Shown here piece after piece: positions 39,801 to 52,035 of a stretch of 64,000 bases of DNA. Position 1 is the stretch's first letter; every line of letters starts with the position of its first letter. Position numbers and translations under genes: made by a program. The stretch is taken from positions 39,928,001-39,992,000 of the forward strand of contig OZ076414.1 in NCBI GenBank assembly GCA_964187785.1, in the 5' to 3' direction. The stretch is from Amphiscolops sp. MND2022 (taxonomy: Eukaryota). The notes under the pieces are model-generated. The model was not told where the DNA came from. It worked only from the letters and a program-made list of their open reading frames with translations, and did no database searches.

Positions 39801-42800
39801 GAAAATAAGTTGGGCGTTAGGTTTGAGTCGTACACAAATTGAAGTTGCCATATTACCAAAATCATTTTTATAAGTAGCATACCTATATTTATATTTGAGT
39901 AATAAGTTACAAAGAGTTACATATTCAGTAACACTGAGATTTAGAAAATGGAAATTAAACTTGTTGATAACACTTAGTGAGAGAGATTTTCCTTAGTGTA
40001 AGGTAGTGATGGAAAACTTCGAGGTTTAGAGGCATGCGAAATGGGTTGTACATTAAAGAGAGAAGATTCATTTTTCGCAGTGGTGGAATTCGTTGTCATA
40101 AAAACTTGATGAAATGAAAATGCTGAGAGGAATACGTTTCATCTGTGTATTGTGGAGCATAATTGGCTGATGGGATGAGTTCGGTTGTAGCAGTATAGTA
40201 TGTATGAGCAACACTATGTACTAATGTTTTAAAATCGTTAACTTGCTAATATTTGGGTTTGTAACAGAGCAACGTAATTTGAAGATTTATGTTCTATTGT
40301 GGCCCAGGTGTTTCGTTTGCCATCTGTAAAAAATTCAGTAAGGTAAAAGTTGTACGAAATTTAGTAGAGAAGTATGTATGTGGAATGGTAGGGCAAAATT
40401 GATTTTTGATGTAGTTGCGAAATGAAGGTGTTGTTAAATTTTCTGCAAAATAGGAAATTATGGGAGAATTTGGTTTTGAACGAATTTGTTTTCAGATTTG
40501 AATTTGTCTATGTTTGAGAATTATGGGTAATCTTCAGAAAGGAGTTATGTAAACAGTAAAAATAAGGTGAACTTTCGATTGGTCTTACGATTGCGATGTA
40601 AAATCTTGGATGTTCATATGCTTTATATGTTCTTCAAAGGAAGGCGTACCAATCATTGTGTCTTTATTATCTGCTACTGCGAATGGAAATATGAATTGAT
40701 GAGAATCTGCTTCAAAAGTTGCGTTTATTGTAAGAATATCATTGTGCAGAATGGGGACTTCTGTTTGGTTTGTTACAGTTAGAGCCTTTGACGAAATTAT
40801 TGCATCATTACGTGTTGTTTTTGGACGTTTTGCAATCGTAATGTCAGTAGGATAATTAGGAACAGAAATGGAATCACAACTGTCTAAATGAAATGAAATT
40901 TCAAGTCTTCATGAATAGTCATCTTCGGTTTAGTTTTCTGGTGTGTGTGAGTATTACGAAGTTGTTGTTGGTAAAGTTGTCACCAATTTGTTGTTGGTAA
41001 AGCGTTCGCCATTTCAGTGAGATGGAACAGTCGTACTTCAAAAGTGATAGGATCATTTGATGTTTGTAGTTCGATTGTGTCAACTTCGTTTAGAGCGCGA
41101 GCGTGATCTAGAAAATCTGGAATCTCTTGGTCTTGGAGGATGTTTAAAAGAAGAAGTGTACTTTGGAAATGTATTGTCTCTAGAATAGGATCGAGTCCTG
41201 TGTCACGTGTGTAGGGTGATCGATAAAAGGTCTACGAGGAGAACGATAAGATCGAGAATCTCGTTGAAGTTATCATTTTGTGATATAATTTATTGTGGAG
41301 GTGTAGTATTTCGGTCAAAATTATAGCGATTTCTAGATGTAGAGCAATCTCTGCTTTGCGACGTTCGGTATTTTTTTGTAATTACTGCGTGATGTACTTC
41401 GACTTCGATATCGATTACCATTTCGATTTGTTCCCACATTAAAAGGAATACGTTTGTACAATTGACATTTGGTGAGAGTTTGATCTAGCTTCTCGTTCAT
41501 CTTCATCATCTCTTTGTTTTTGAATCAAGCTGAGATGGAGTGATTTGTTCTGTGACAGTAAGATCAAAGTTTTTTGTATGTTTCGTTTTATTATTAGGAT
41601 CTCGAGGTTGTGTGAGCATAAGTTGATCGGTTTCTGGTGGATCTAGAGTCTATGTCTGTAATTGGTTTGCAATATTATTATCTTCAAGAGCAAGATCATG
41701 TGTATGTATTTTAACATTAGCCATATCTTCAGCGTCAACGAGCTCGAATAATGTTTGAAAAGGGATAGAAGGTTCTAAAACAGTAGAAGTATGTTTCACT
41801 CGTCGTTTTGTAGCAAAGCCTCTGAGGTTTTTTCGAAGTTATTCAGTGAATTTTCTGTTTCATTTTAAATTTATTGTCTGTGCATTTTTATTGCACAAGG
41901 CTTTTCGAACAACTGTGTCATTGTCCTGTTTCACAAAGTTTGGGGCTTCAGCTTGATTGTAATAAGCTTAGTCGTCTAGCGTGCCATTCGTCTAGCGTGC
42001 CAGAACTTGTACACATGATCTTAATCAGTTGTAGTGTAGGTTGTAATCCAAAGTAAATGTAACACGTGCCTCATTAGTTTGTAGATGTTCTCCAGGTGTA
42101 TAATTATGATCAAAACCTTCGCAGGGTTTAATAGGTTCCGAAATGGATGTAGATGAGTTTTTATAACTGGGTTTGATACAGTAGGGAAACGTACTGTAAA
42201 TGAAGGCATTGTATGATAAATTTTAAATGAAGAATTAATTTGTGAGGTGTTATCATGAGTGTTATGTTTTGAAGTTGGTTGAGCATTTTTTATGTTAGTA
42301 CATGTTAAACGATTTGAAAGCGGATTATTACGGATTGTTGGTAATGGTGATCTCGGTAGACTTCTAGAGGTTGTGAAGATTGACGGTGGATTTCTTGAAA
42401 AATTAAAAGTTAAGACAGGTTGTGTACTATTGGTCAGAGAGGTTTGTGCAGGAGTATATGGCAGCGTTTGAAGAAGGTGTTTTCTTGTTGGATTTGTTGC
42501 CTGAAATTGAGATTCAGGTGGGTTTTATATTGATTTTGCTATAACTGCATTTGAAGATTCTTGCTGATGGGAACTTTGTGGAGTAAAATTTGTAGAAAAT
42601 TCGCATGGACGTGGAGGTGGATCACAAGCTCTAATTACCATTTGCTGAGTCGAAAGTTGTTGGTCTTGAGTCGCATTAATATTCAAAGTAGATAAAAAAA
42701 CAAATCGTCTTGATTACGATCAATATATTCAGTTTCAGTTATTTGTTTTACAGTGACCACAAAAATTTTGAAACTGTAGTTATTGTTAAACTTGGTGGGT

Positions 42801-42960
42801 TAGTATTAATTTCATCTAAAGAGGTCTAAAATAATGTTTAATGTAGTAATGTTCTGTTGTGGATTAGTTGCTGTAGTTCCATCTTGAATTATTTGTTGTT
42901 TTTGGAGTGCGTCTTCATATTCATTCGAAACTCTTTGTGATGTTCCTTGAATAGTATTTT
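36436..42960 (-). mobile_element. Heavily decayed Ty3/Gypsy element D with possible env-like 3' remnant
   Basis: Minus strand: gag-like region (~42900-41350), protease DTGS-like (~41200), RT remnants (DARHLN, YAYAHTPL, FFTKQMS, VY.DD-like ~39340), PWKWTPDHERLFQKLK connection, RNase H (IARELLGIVHAL) and integrase Zn region (DCLECQRNKH ~37570). Confidence 0.8.
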
Positions 42961-44289
42961 CCGACCTCACATTTTTATTGGGAAGCCAATCATGGTTCTA
43001 GATGCGTTTTTTCCAAATTTGCCAAATTTGAATAACCTGACTCACCTGACTATTTTAGTTACTTGACTCTTTTAATTACTTGACTAATTTACGGGAATAA
43101 TATCTAAAGTCAAAAAAAAAAAGAGAATAGGATCTAAAGGGAACAAGATCTAAAATTTCAGTACGGGAATGAAATCTGAAATCACTAAACTTGAGATCTT
43201 ATTTTCCAGACTTTATACCCTCCGGTAAAACCAGTAATGCGGTAAAACCAGTAATGCGGGTTTTCATGTCTTCGTTTTGTCGTTTCAAGATCCTGTACTT
43301 CAAAATAATCATCTTTTTCCACAAGACTTTGTGAGTGAGAAGGACGGTATATAGGTGAATCTAAGTTTTCATTGTGTTCTAATAATTTGTTCGAAGACCT
43401 AATGAAGACACCTTGAATAGATAAAGTTATTTTCTGTGGGAAAAAAGTTCTCTTCTTCCTCAAATAACAAGGGCTTTGTATATTGAAAAAAGTTCAAGTA
43501 GAAATGGCATTACTTCTTGTTTATAAAAACCTATTTGCCTATGTTGAGATGATAAAATAAGAGGGCTTGGAAGCATTGTTTTAATGAAAGAAGTTTTGTT
43601 TTATAGTGTTAGTGGTTAAAAAAACGCTTCCAAAAGAGGACACAGATATTGGACAATGTGGTGCTCTGTGTTGAAATATGTGTGATATGGGACAAATTGC
43701 TCTGTTAGAACGATTTGTTGAAAAATGGCAAATATGGTACAAACAAAAAATAATACTTTGTATATATGAAATGAGAGTGCAAAAAGTATAGTAGACATCG
43801 AAAAATCCAGAAACAGGTAGTATTATAATAGGGATCATATGTAGTTCAAGAATTTTTTATGCAAAAGAGATCAGAAAAGGATTCAAATTTGGGTATGAAA
43901 GGTCCTAAAAATCTGTCAAAGGAAAGAGCAACACCAGCAAGGAATCCAGGTAGGAACCAAAGGTAAATAAAAAATCTTACAAGACCTTCAGCTGAAGGCA
44001 TTTACGAAATATATTTGGAATAGTTATGTGTAGTCTTGTTATATTGTTAGCTTTTTATAGGAGTGTAAGATGATATATGTAGTTCTTTGCAGAAATTTAG
44101 TTGGATAGATATTTCATTTTGTTTTTTGGTATTGTTATAAAGAGGGATTTTGTATTAATATATTCGCCGTACTGTTTGAGAAGGAAAAGAAGTGTAATAA
44201 ATGGAATTATTTAGTTAGAAAAAAAGTAGATATGGTCTGAAGGAACCACGAAAAAACACTTATGCCAAAAGTTTTATGTGGTACTATCA

Positions 44290-44500
44290 TACTTGATGAG
44301 GGAGAAGATGCGACAGGATTTTGTATTTTTGACAATGTTCCGAGCCACCGCGGAGTTGAGGATATGAACTGCAATGAATTTTTGAAATCAAGAGGCTACC
44401 AATGTACAGCTATTTTCTATCTATCGTGGAAATTGCTATTTCGTGCTGGAAGATTGCAATAAAGCGAAACTTGAAACTTGGCTGAACGAATGGATGCTTT
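44290..44500 (+). pseudogene. Tc1/mariner (IS630-like) transposase C-terminal fragment
   Basis: IFDNVPSH followed, after a frameshift, by KRLPMYSYFLSIVEIAISCWK, matching the DN..H...LP.YSP.LNPIE...W pattern. Confidence 0.65.
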
Positions 44501-45207
44501 TCAGAATGCTACTGAAAAATATGTTGGAGGCTGGTCTCTTCAGCAGTAACGATTTGACACTTTGAGAGGCATTATAGAGGCCACAGCTTTTGAAGTTACT
44601 TAGACCAAATGCATTGGATGGTACTAGGTCCTACATACCCAGATGTCTAGCAAGAAACGATATTGAAGGCTAATCTAGACATTCAAACTGAACTTACAAA
44701 GTTCAAATTGAACTCACTTCTACTGTTTTTTGTCACTCTGTTCGAAATGAATTCCCGAAACTCATATTGTTTTTACTTTTCAGATAAAATTAAAATTGAA
44801 TGCACTTTTCTTCAAATTCATAGTTCAAAGTTACAAAAAGAGTTTCAAAACGTGTAATTAGAAGTGAGATGCGAAAAGGAGTTGAAATTTCATGTGTTGA
44901 GTTTTCTGTATTTGGCTTTGTGTTGAATGTTCTTGTGTTGAAATTTTTCGCGTTGAGTTTTCCGTACCTCGCTCTTTCAACACTTTTTATGAATACACAC
45001 TTCCTTTCTTATCCACCTTTTGTGAATACATACAAATAAAGTATGACGATTCCAAATAACGAAAAAAAATCTAAAGGCCAGGGAACGAATAATCGCCAGG
45101 AGGCGCCAGGAAAATTTTTTAGAAAACACTTTACCGGCTAAGCACCGGAATACTTTCCGCCTTCTTCGCCGTTAAAGATTTTTAATTTTAGATCTTATTC
45201 CTAATGT

Positions 45208-45666
45208 GGGACAAAACAGCCGATTTTAAAACAAGACAAACGACCGTTTTTCAAAACGAGACAAAACAGCCGATTTTCAAAACGGGACAAAACAGCCCAT
45301 TTTCAAAACAGAACAAAATGAGTGATTTTACAGTCAATTCGCATGGAATTTCATTTATTTGGAGAGGTTCATATTTACTGTTTGGCTCGTTCGCTTCGTT
45401 CTCTTCGCCAAAGTAGCAACATTGATGCATTGCCAAATAGCACGTCGCTCAGATTCGCTTCTCTCCTGCATTTAGGGCACTAGGGATATGTGAACATCGC
45501 TGAATACATCGTAACAATAATTTTATTGGCTGCTAATGTTACGCATTGACAAAATTGGCAGTTTTTATTTTTACCAATCAACGATTTTGTAGTTTTAAAA
45601 TCGGCTATTTCGTCCTGTTTTGAAAATCGGCTGTTTTGTCCCGTTTAAAATCGGCTGTTCTGTCCC
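45208..45666. mobile_element. Foldback-type MITE with inverted arms built from ~25-bp tandem units
   Basis: Left arm has about 4 copies of gggacaaaacagccgattttcaaaac; right arm has about 3 reverse-complement copies. Confidence 0.8.
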
Positions 45667-45746
45667 CCTCCCTTCAGATATTTTTCCAGTCCTGAACTTA
45701 TAGAACTTATTCAATTTAGATCTTGTTCCCCTTAGATCTTGTTCCC

Positions 45747-46211
45747 TTTTTTAGTCGGCGCTTTTTTAGAGAAAAGAGTCGATTATAGTCGTGGTTTTTC
45801 GTCAGTGTTTTTTAAGACCACCTGAACTGACCAAAATAGTTCTACCAAAAATTCTACAAAAATTCAAATTTCAGCTGTTGGCCCAGGAAACAGAACCAAA
45901 AGTTTCCCGCATAACATACAATGCCGGACGAGACCAAAGGGTCCCTTCTTTCAGTTTTTTTGGCATTGCGAGACTTTTTTTCGGAAACATTTTTCACCAA
46001 AGGGTCCCCCCTTCAATTTTTTTTGGGTATTGCGACAGACTGGGTATAGAAAAATCGCAAAAAGTCCCCCCTTTCAATTTGTTTTGGCGTTGTGAAACTT
46101 TTTTCAAAAAAGTTTTTAGTGCTGTAAAAGAGAATACTTAAAAACTTTGATGTCCTTTTGCTGTTTTTGAGCCTTGGATATGGCGCCGACTTGGGCCGGT
46201 CCCGGCTTGTT
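45747..46211 (+). mobile_element. Helentron-associated (HINE/DINE-1-like) non-autonomous element
   Basis: T-run, inverted subterminal motifs AGTCGGCGC (45753) and GCGCCGACT (~46183), internal AAAGGGTCCC repeats, GCCGGTCCCGGC stem-loop and CTTGTT terminus. Confidence 0.7.
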
Positions 46212-46295
46212 GACTTTAGATATTAATCAACGCTCTAAGTTGATTTAGCTGCTTGGCTATTTTGGAGAATAGTCAAGCAATTAAAAACATAGGCA

Positions 46296-47280
46296 CGACG
46301 GCATGTCACGCTTGGGCACAAGCAGAAACGTTCAATGGTCTGCAGAAGGTGTTACAAAGTTTTTGTGTTTCAGGGCCCACAACCTTGTGAACTTATCCAG
46401 TCTCAGATTAGGATATTTTGATGAAAGAACTTAAAAGATGAAGGAAACTTTTTTAATGAAAAAATGTAATTTGGCAGAAACCCGGAGGCGTCATACTTCA
46501 TGACGGAAACTTTGATAGTACAAAAAGTAGCCAACATACTTGCCTCACTATCTGAGGGAGAAAAGTTTTCGTATCTACTTTCAGTTCTGAGAAAAATCAG
46601 CTACAAATTGGAAAAAATGTTTAAAAAATCAGAAAAAGAGTCTAATAAAATCCAGAGCGAAAAAGTTCCACATCACTTTTAGCCTAAAACGTAGCCTACA
46701 TAAGCCTCGTAAAATTAACGAAACCATGAATCCCATATTTGGTCTCTGTCATGAGGTATATGAGCTCAAGTAAAAAAGAACCAAAAAATTTTGGCATGTT
46801 TTTTTAGCAGGAAAACGAAGGCGTCAAACTTGATGACGGTAACTTTGTTGGTCCAAAAAGTAGCCTATATCTATGCTGAAAAAATTTTTGTCCTCTTTTT
46901 TGCCCAAAAACACCAAGTATGAAAAACCACTTTGACGTCATTTTTAGGCCTAATGTAGCCTATAAAATGCTTGTACAATTTACGAAACCATGGACCCTGT
47001 ATTCGGTTTCAGTTCTGAGATATAGGGGTTCAAAGATGAAAAGTAGTCAAAAATAGCGTTTTTTCAAAAAACTTTATGAAAAAAACCATGAAGCCGAATT
47101 TTTTTCGCAAACTTTTTTCGGCGAAAATGTAGCCTAGGATCCTGCGCAACTTTTAGCGAAAACATGGTGTCCGTATCTGTTCTTGGTTTTGAGAAATTTG
47201 CCTCAGAATTTGAAAAATTGAAATTTGCAAAAAAAACGTCACCATGTGGGCATCTCGCAAAGCTCGTGCCGCGAAAATAG
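46296..47280. repeat. Interspersed repeat with internal 270-330-bp duplications
   Basis: gcgtca(t/a)actt(c/g)atgacgg(a/t)aactttg occurs at ~46489 and ~46821. Ends are short inverted motifs ggcacga/tcgtgcc, and the end motif ggcatctcgc..gctcgt is shared with ~31382. Confidence 0.55.
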
Positions 47281-47592
47281 TCAAGTAACTACGTGAAAGA
47301 GTGTAGAGAAGAGTGAAGTGAAGAATAGAGTTATGGCAGAATTTGAAAAACAACGGATCTTGACTCTCCTTCCCCATTTATGTGGGCGGATATATAATAT
47401 GTAATCAAGTTTACCTAACCCATCTTTTATCAAATGAACCAAAGTAGCAAAATTTCTGAATACATGGAAGGGTCCGATCGGGTCATCAGAAAATGCTTAG
47501 AACACGCTTGAATTTCTGAAATCATTTTGTAAACCAAATCGAAACTGATGACCCAGTGCAACACCGGAAGAAAGGGAAATTTAGAAAGGAAT

Positions 47593-48892
47593 TATCGTAA
47601 GCTTGGTCTGTGAGATCGTCATGGAGACGATTACGGACAGGCCTACTTCTCGAATTGCTCCTGATGTTATCATTGCGGTAATTTTCGGCATTATTTTCTG
47701 GTGTCACGTGTCTCGATCCGGCCTTAAAGGCGTTTTGGATTTGGGGCAATACCTGTTTGCTAATGGCATCATTAATTGCCCTCTGGATCTGAACGCTTAC
47801 ACTATTCATCATCTCATCCATTTCTTTTGAGATCCTTGAACTGAGCTCACTTGATAGTCTATTGAGTTCAATAATAGAGTTAATAACCGCGGAATTTTGC
47901 CCATGATCGGCAGTATTACTTGATCTGTTTTCTCTAGTAATTAACTGCGGATTTTCCTCATTATTTTCAGAGGAGTTACAACTAACAATTTCCGGTCTCC
48001 TAGCGAGGATACTGTCCTCGCTTTCTTCCCTATCAAAATGACTTCCGTCCAACAATATATCTAAGTTCTCTATGTCAGATAGCATCTCCTGTCCTCTAGA
48101 TTTTCTTGCCTTCTTCTGCTTTTTATTGGTAGGCTTGGAAACCAGATTGCAAAAATTTAAATATTTCGAGCGAAAAACTGGTATTGTTAAACAGATTCGA
48201 ACAGAGGAACGGTTTGCAAAAATGTGTCCTCCCAAAGATAGTGATGGCTATATATACTATCCCGAGGTTGACACATGCATTTTTCACATATTTTGGGGTA
48301 TCAGACACAATACCAAAGTCGGCACGTGCCACCACGCGAACACTGTTGAGTTGAACTAAGCATAAAATTATACGATTACATGTATAGGCCTGCATCGTAT
48401 CATGCTTTAATCCGGATAATTATTCTGACATCGCAACAATTGTGGTAGCCCGGGTTAATTCAATCTAGTACAGCTAATACAGCACTTTACATAATCGGGC
48501 CCGAACAGGCGAATTGCCTCATCTTACGCAAACATCACTAAAATATGGTTAAACAGTCTTAGCCGTCGAGTAACGCCAAGTTTGGGGTACTGGTAGTTCT
48601 TTCTGTACTGAGGGGGGTTATTTAGCGCCAAGTAACACAAACACGTTTTTGTTGGTTAATTATAAAAATAATTAATATCATAATTGTATTCTATACAAAA
48701 TAGCCGGAACCGGCCATGTGACTGAAATGCTAGCCAGAAGTAGTGTCAATAGGCCTTATTCTGGCATTATTGAATGAATGTAATAATAAAGCATCCAATG
48801 GTGGAATCTGATTGGACGCGACTGCGTGCTCAAGTGACGCTTCCGCAGTAGTACTCAACGTCACTTGAACACGTTTCCTTTACTGCCGTACA
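47593..48892 (-). mobile_element. Probable solo LTR (~1.3 kb) of a Gypsy family related to A, containing the gag N-terminal ORF
   Basis: TGTACGG start at 48892 and CCAAT box about 80 bp in. ORF (K)PTNKKQKKARKSRGQEMLSDIENLDILL...QIQRAINDAISKQVLPQIQN is homologous to 15391-15898 and stops at ..QAYD, where A and B continue into MVT. No clean TSD. Confidence 0.6.
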
Positions 48893-49662
48893 GTTGTATT
48901 CAGCTCATATTAACTTGATTTATACATACATTGTCTCTTGACAAAGTTTAGCAACTCGATTTGGATTTACCAAATCGTACATTTAACAGACTAATATTAA
49001 AGAGCTCCTTCACAAATTTGTACTGTAAAATATACTAAGGTGCAAAATATAAAGCAAGAACGAGCTTTGTTAAAGTTTGTCAGTTTTCGTTTATAAAGTT
49101 GGTAGTGTACCTGGCATAATTTCGTGGTCAACTGCTGTTGTCGTCACAGTCATGCCGTCACAGGCGGCCGCCTGCGACAGGCATAATCGCTGTTGTAATG
49201 ATTATTCAAGTCAGCAAAATTATGTATTGCCACTCTCAATTCGAAACTCGCAAGATAAATTATGCATGATTGGTATTTGTTTTCTGTTGTTGAAGGAAAC
49301 AGACAAACTGTTACTAAAAACGTTAGTGTAGAGAAAAAAAATCAATATTGATTTTTGCATAAGCTGCTCAAAGATGTGTAACTGCTCCCAACTGCTTCCG
49401 CAAATTCATGTCATCTCCTCTGTAGTTCAAATGGTTAGTTCAATGATTTGTCCAAAATGGTTGGGCTCCTACTTTGTTTGTTAAAACTCTGTTCCTTGCT
49501 ACTTCAATATCAAATTTAGTCCCAACGTCACTACAGTTTGTCTGTTGTGATTCACAATGGCGCATTGCATTGAAGATATTTGAAATTGGTTGGCAACGTT
49601 TCTTTATGATGGAGTCACTTTGCCCACGGTTTTTCAGCACAGAATAGACTGTTTGCACGACA

Positions 49663-50490
49663 ATGCTGTTCAGAATTACAGCATTATTGTTGTGTTCAAA
49701 AGTGAGCTTTGGAATCATTGGCGGCCAACCAGCACCAAATTACCCGTTCTTCGTAGAGGTTCACAGCGGAACTCACCAATGCGGCGGTACTCTTCTCAGA
49801 CTTGACGCAGTTTTGACCGCAGCCCATTGTCTTTATTTTCAAACTGAGAACCGATGGGCTTCTCCACTCGATGTTTACGTGCTACATGGCAATTTTGCAA
49901 CTTCCAACAACTGGCACTTGAGGTATTATTCATGCGAAGGCATAACAGTACACTTTAAGTATAATTCCTCAACTGATGGATTCAGAAGTCCCTTTGATGC
50001 AGCAGTTATCAAACTGGAGGATAAAGTGCGTATACAAAGTTTTTCTCAACGCACATTTCTTGCGCCTTGTCGTTTGGAAGGGAGTAGGTGGAGAAGGTAC
50101 ATATTTGGAGCTGCTATTGGTCTAGGCCTGACAAGTGCAAATCCAATTACACGTGCGGAAATGCTGATGGAGACAACGCTACAAACGATAGATTGTAAAC
50201 GACAAGATTTTGGACACCAACAGGTTTTCTTTCCTGGGCAACACTGTTATCTTCTTCAGGAAGCATCCTCACTGACCGCCGGTGACTTCGGTGGTCCCAT
50301 TGTGGCATTCAATAGAGGGAAACGATCTGCAGCGTTTTGTCTTATGGGTGCTTCCAGTTTTGTAACTATTTGTCGTACAAGTGGCTACTTCGCAACAATT
50401 TTTACACCAGCGTCGAAATTGAAACATTGGCTGAATAGAATTTACAGGGATAACTTTACTGATGGTTTTCTGACCACAGATAATTGGTAG
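49663..50490 (+). CDS. Secreted trypsin-fold (S1) serine protease homologue, predicted catalytically inactive; paralogue of 27110-27916
   Basis: 275-aa intronless ORF: signal-like MLFRITALLLCSKVSFG, IIGG, QCGGTL, LTAAHC, FDAAVIKL and GDFGGP (TTC at 50287-50289). Confidence 0.92.
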   Translation: MLFRITALLLCSKVSFGIIGGQPAPNYPFFVEVHSGTHQCGGTLLRLDAVLTAAHCLYFQTENRWASPLDVYVLHGNFATSNNWHLRYYSCEGITVHFKYNSSTDGFRSPFDAAVIKLEDKVRIQSFSQRTFLAPCRLEGSRWRRYIFGAAIGLGLTSANPITRAEMLMETTLQTIDCKRQDFGHQQVFFPGQHCYLLQEASSLTAGDFGGPIVAFNRGKRSAAFCLMGASSFVTICRTSGYFATIFTPASKLKHWLNRIYRDNFTDGFLTTDNW

Positions 50491-52035
50491 AAACAATTCC
50501 CAAAATGTGTCTGAAAAACTTGGTATGTCAAAATTGAATCGATTAAGTAGCTGGAATTACATCTGACTATGAATTTTTGTGACAGTTTAGCTAGAAAAAT
50601 TGGTTAGACTTATCGTTTAATTTTTTCTAAAATTTATGCAGTTCTACAATACTTTTTGGTTTTGACGTTTAGTTCCGCCGCAATCAAAAGTTCGCAAATC
50701 ATGTTCACTAAAAAGTCTTCATCGAAAAACAGGTATATTTTCTCGAGCACGTGTAATTATTAGCAATTTGCAAAAGTTGCGTTGAGAAAATGGAATATAT
50801 GTGTGTGTGTGTCAATTATTGGCGGAACTGCGGTCTGGCAGCCGGCCTCAAATTCGAGCTGTGAGGCGTCGACCTGGCAAGCGGCCTGAGAATTGAAAGC
50901 ACGGCACGCTTTAATCCAATATGCGAACGAGTTGAAAATGAATACATGTAAAAGTATTAGTGTTGGAAAGATGACTGACAAAGCGCTATACATGTAATTG
51001 TGCATATAAATGAATACGAGTGCTAAATTTGAAAATACCATCGTACCGTGGCCTAGGACGCGGCATGAAATGGAAAGTTTATGAAATCCATTGTAGAAAT
51101 GGAAAATGTTGATGTTATTGATAATTTTCCCTCCCAATGAGCCTAACAACTAATAACAGTGATTAAAATTGTTGATTGACAGTTGAAAAAAAGTATGATG
51201 CTATTTGTTCATGTAAACTATGTATAGTTGATAAATATATGAAATCCCGGCCCGGACCTTGGCCTGAAACTGAATTTTCAATCCGCGCAATTTAATAACT
51301 ATAAATGATTTGTGCTACCTTTTTCAAGCCAATTTTTCATTCAATTGGATTAATCAGTACCCCGAACAATGCCCCATAGACAATTTGCTTCATGTAAAAT
51401 TTCAGGTGTTGCTATTTCAGCTTTTTTACTATGAGAAGTTCTTTATTTTCCTAACGTGCTGCTAACGTGTTGTAAGTGAAATTATAGTTCTGTTTGTTGG
51501 TCCATTAACATAACTGGATTGATCATCAGTTTATGCAGTGATTAAATTAATTGGATATATATGAGAAATTTCTCATTTTCATTGTTGCTTTGTTTCATTA
51601 GTTCGCCCTTTGGGCGCGTGCAGTGATTCACTTTTGACATTTTCTTCAGCTTCGGCGTTCCGAAGAGGCGGGAATTGGAGGCGAAGGGAAGCGGAGTCGC
51701 AACTCAGACAGGAAGTGGACGCTTGCTTTCCCCGAAAAGCATGAACAAAATGAGAGTCTGAGTTCGACATAGAGGAACTGAACTTTCTTTTTCTTCGCCT
51801 TGGAAGGACGCCGGGCTGAACGAGGTGTGAAAGTATCGCGGATTTTTCCCGCTTCACGTGTGCGGAAAGTATATGTACCTGGAAAATTTGAAATAATTTG
51901 AGTTGAAAAATTGTAATCTTACTTGTAAAACAATTTATTTTTCTTCGTTCTTCGATAATCAATAAATATCAAAACTCTCAACTGTCTTCATTTTCGTCGA
52001 ATAATCTTGAACTTTCTGGAAAATCCCAAACCCAA

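Noticed and set aside
43185-44200. Minus-strand ORF fragments as a distinct gene
   Set aside because: The AT-rich, stop-riddled sequence is probably retroelement-derived, and no domain can be named.
45208-45320. Short ~25-bp repeats as a CRISPR array
   Set aside because: The units are contiguous with no unique spacers, are mirrored as an inverted arm, and sit in eukaryotic DNA with no cas genes.
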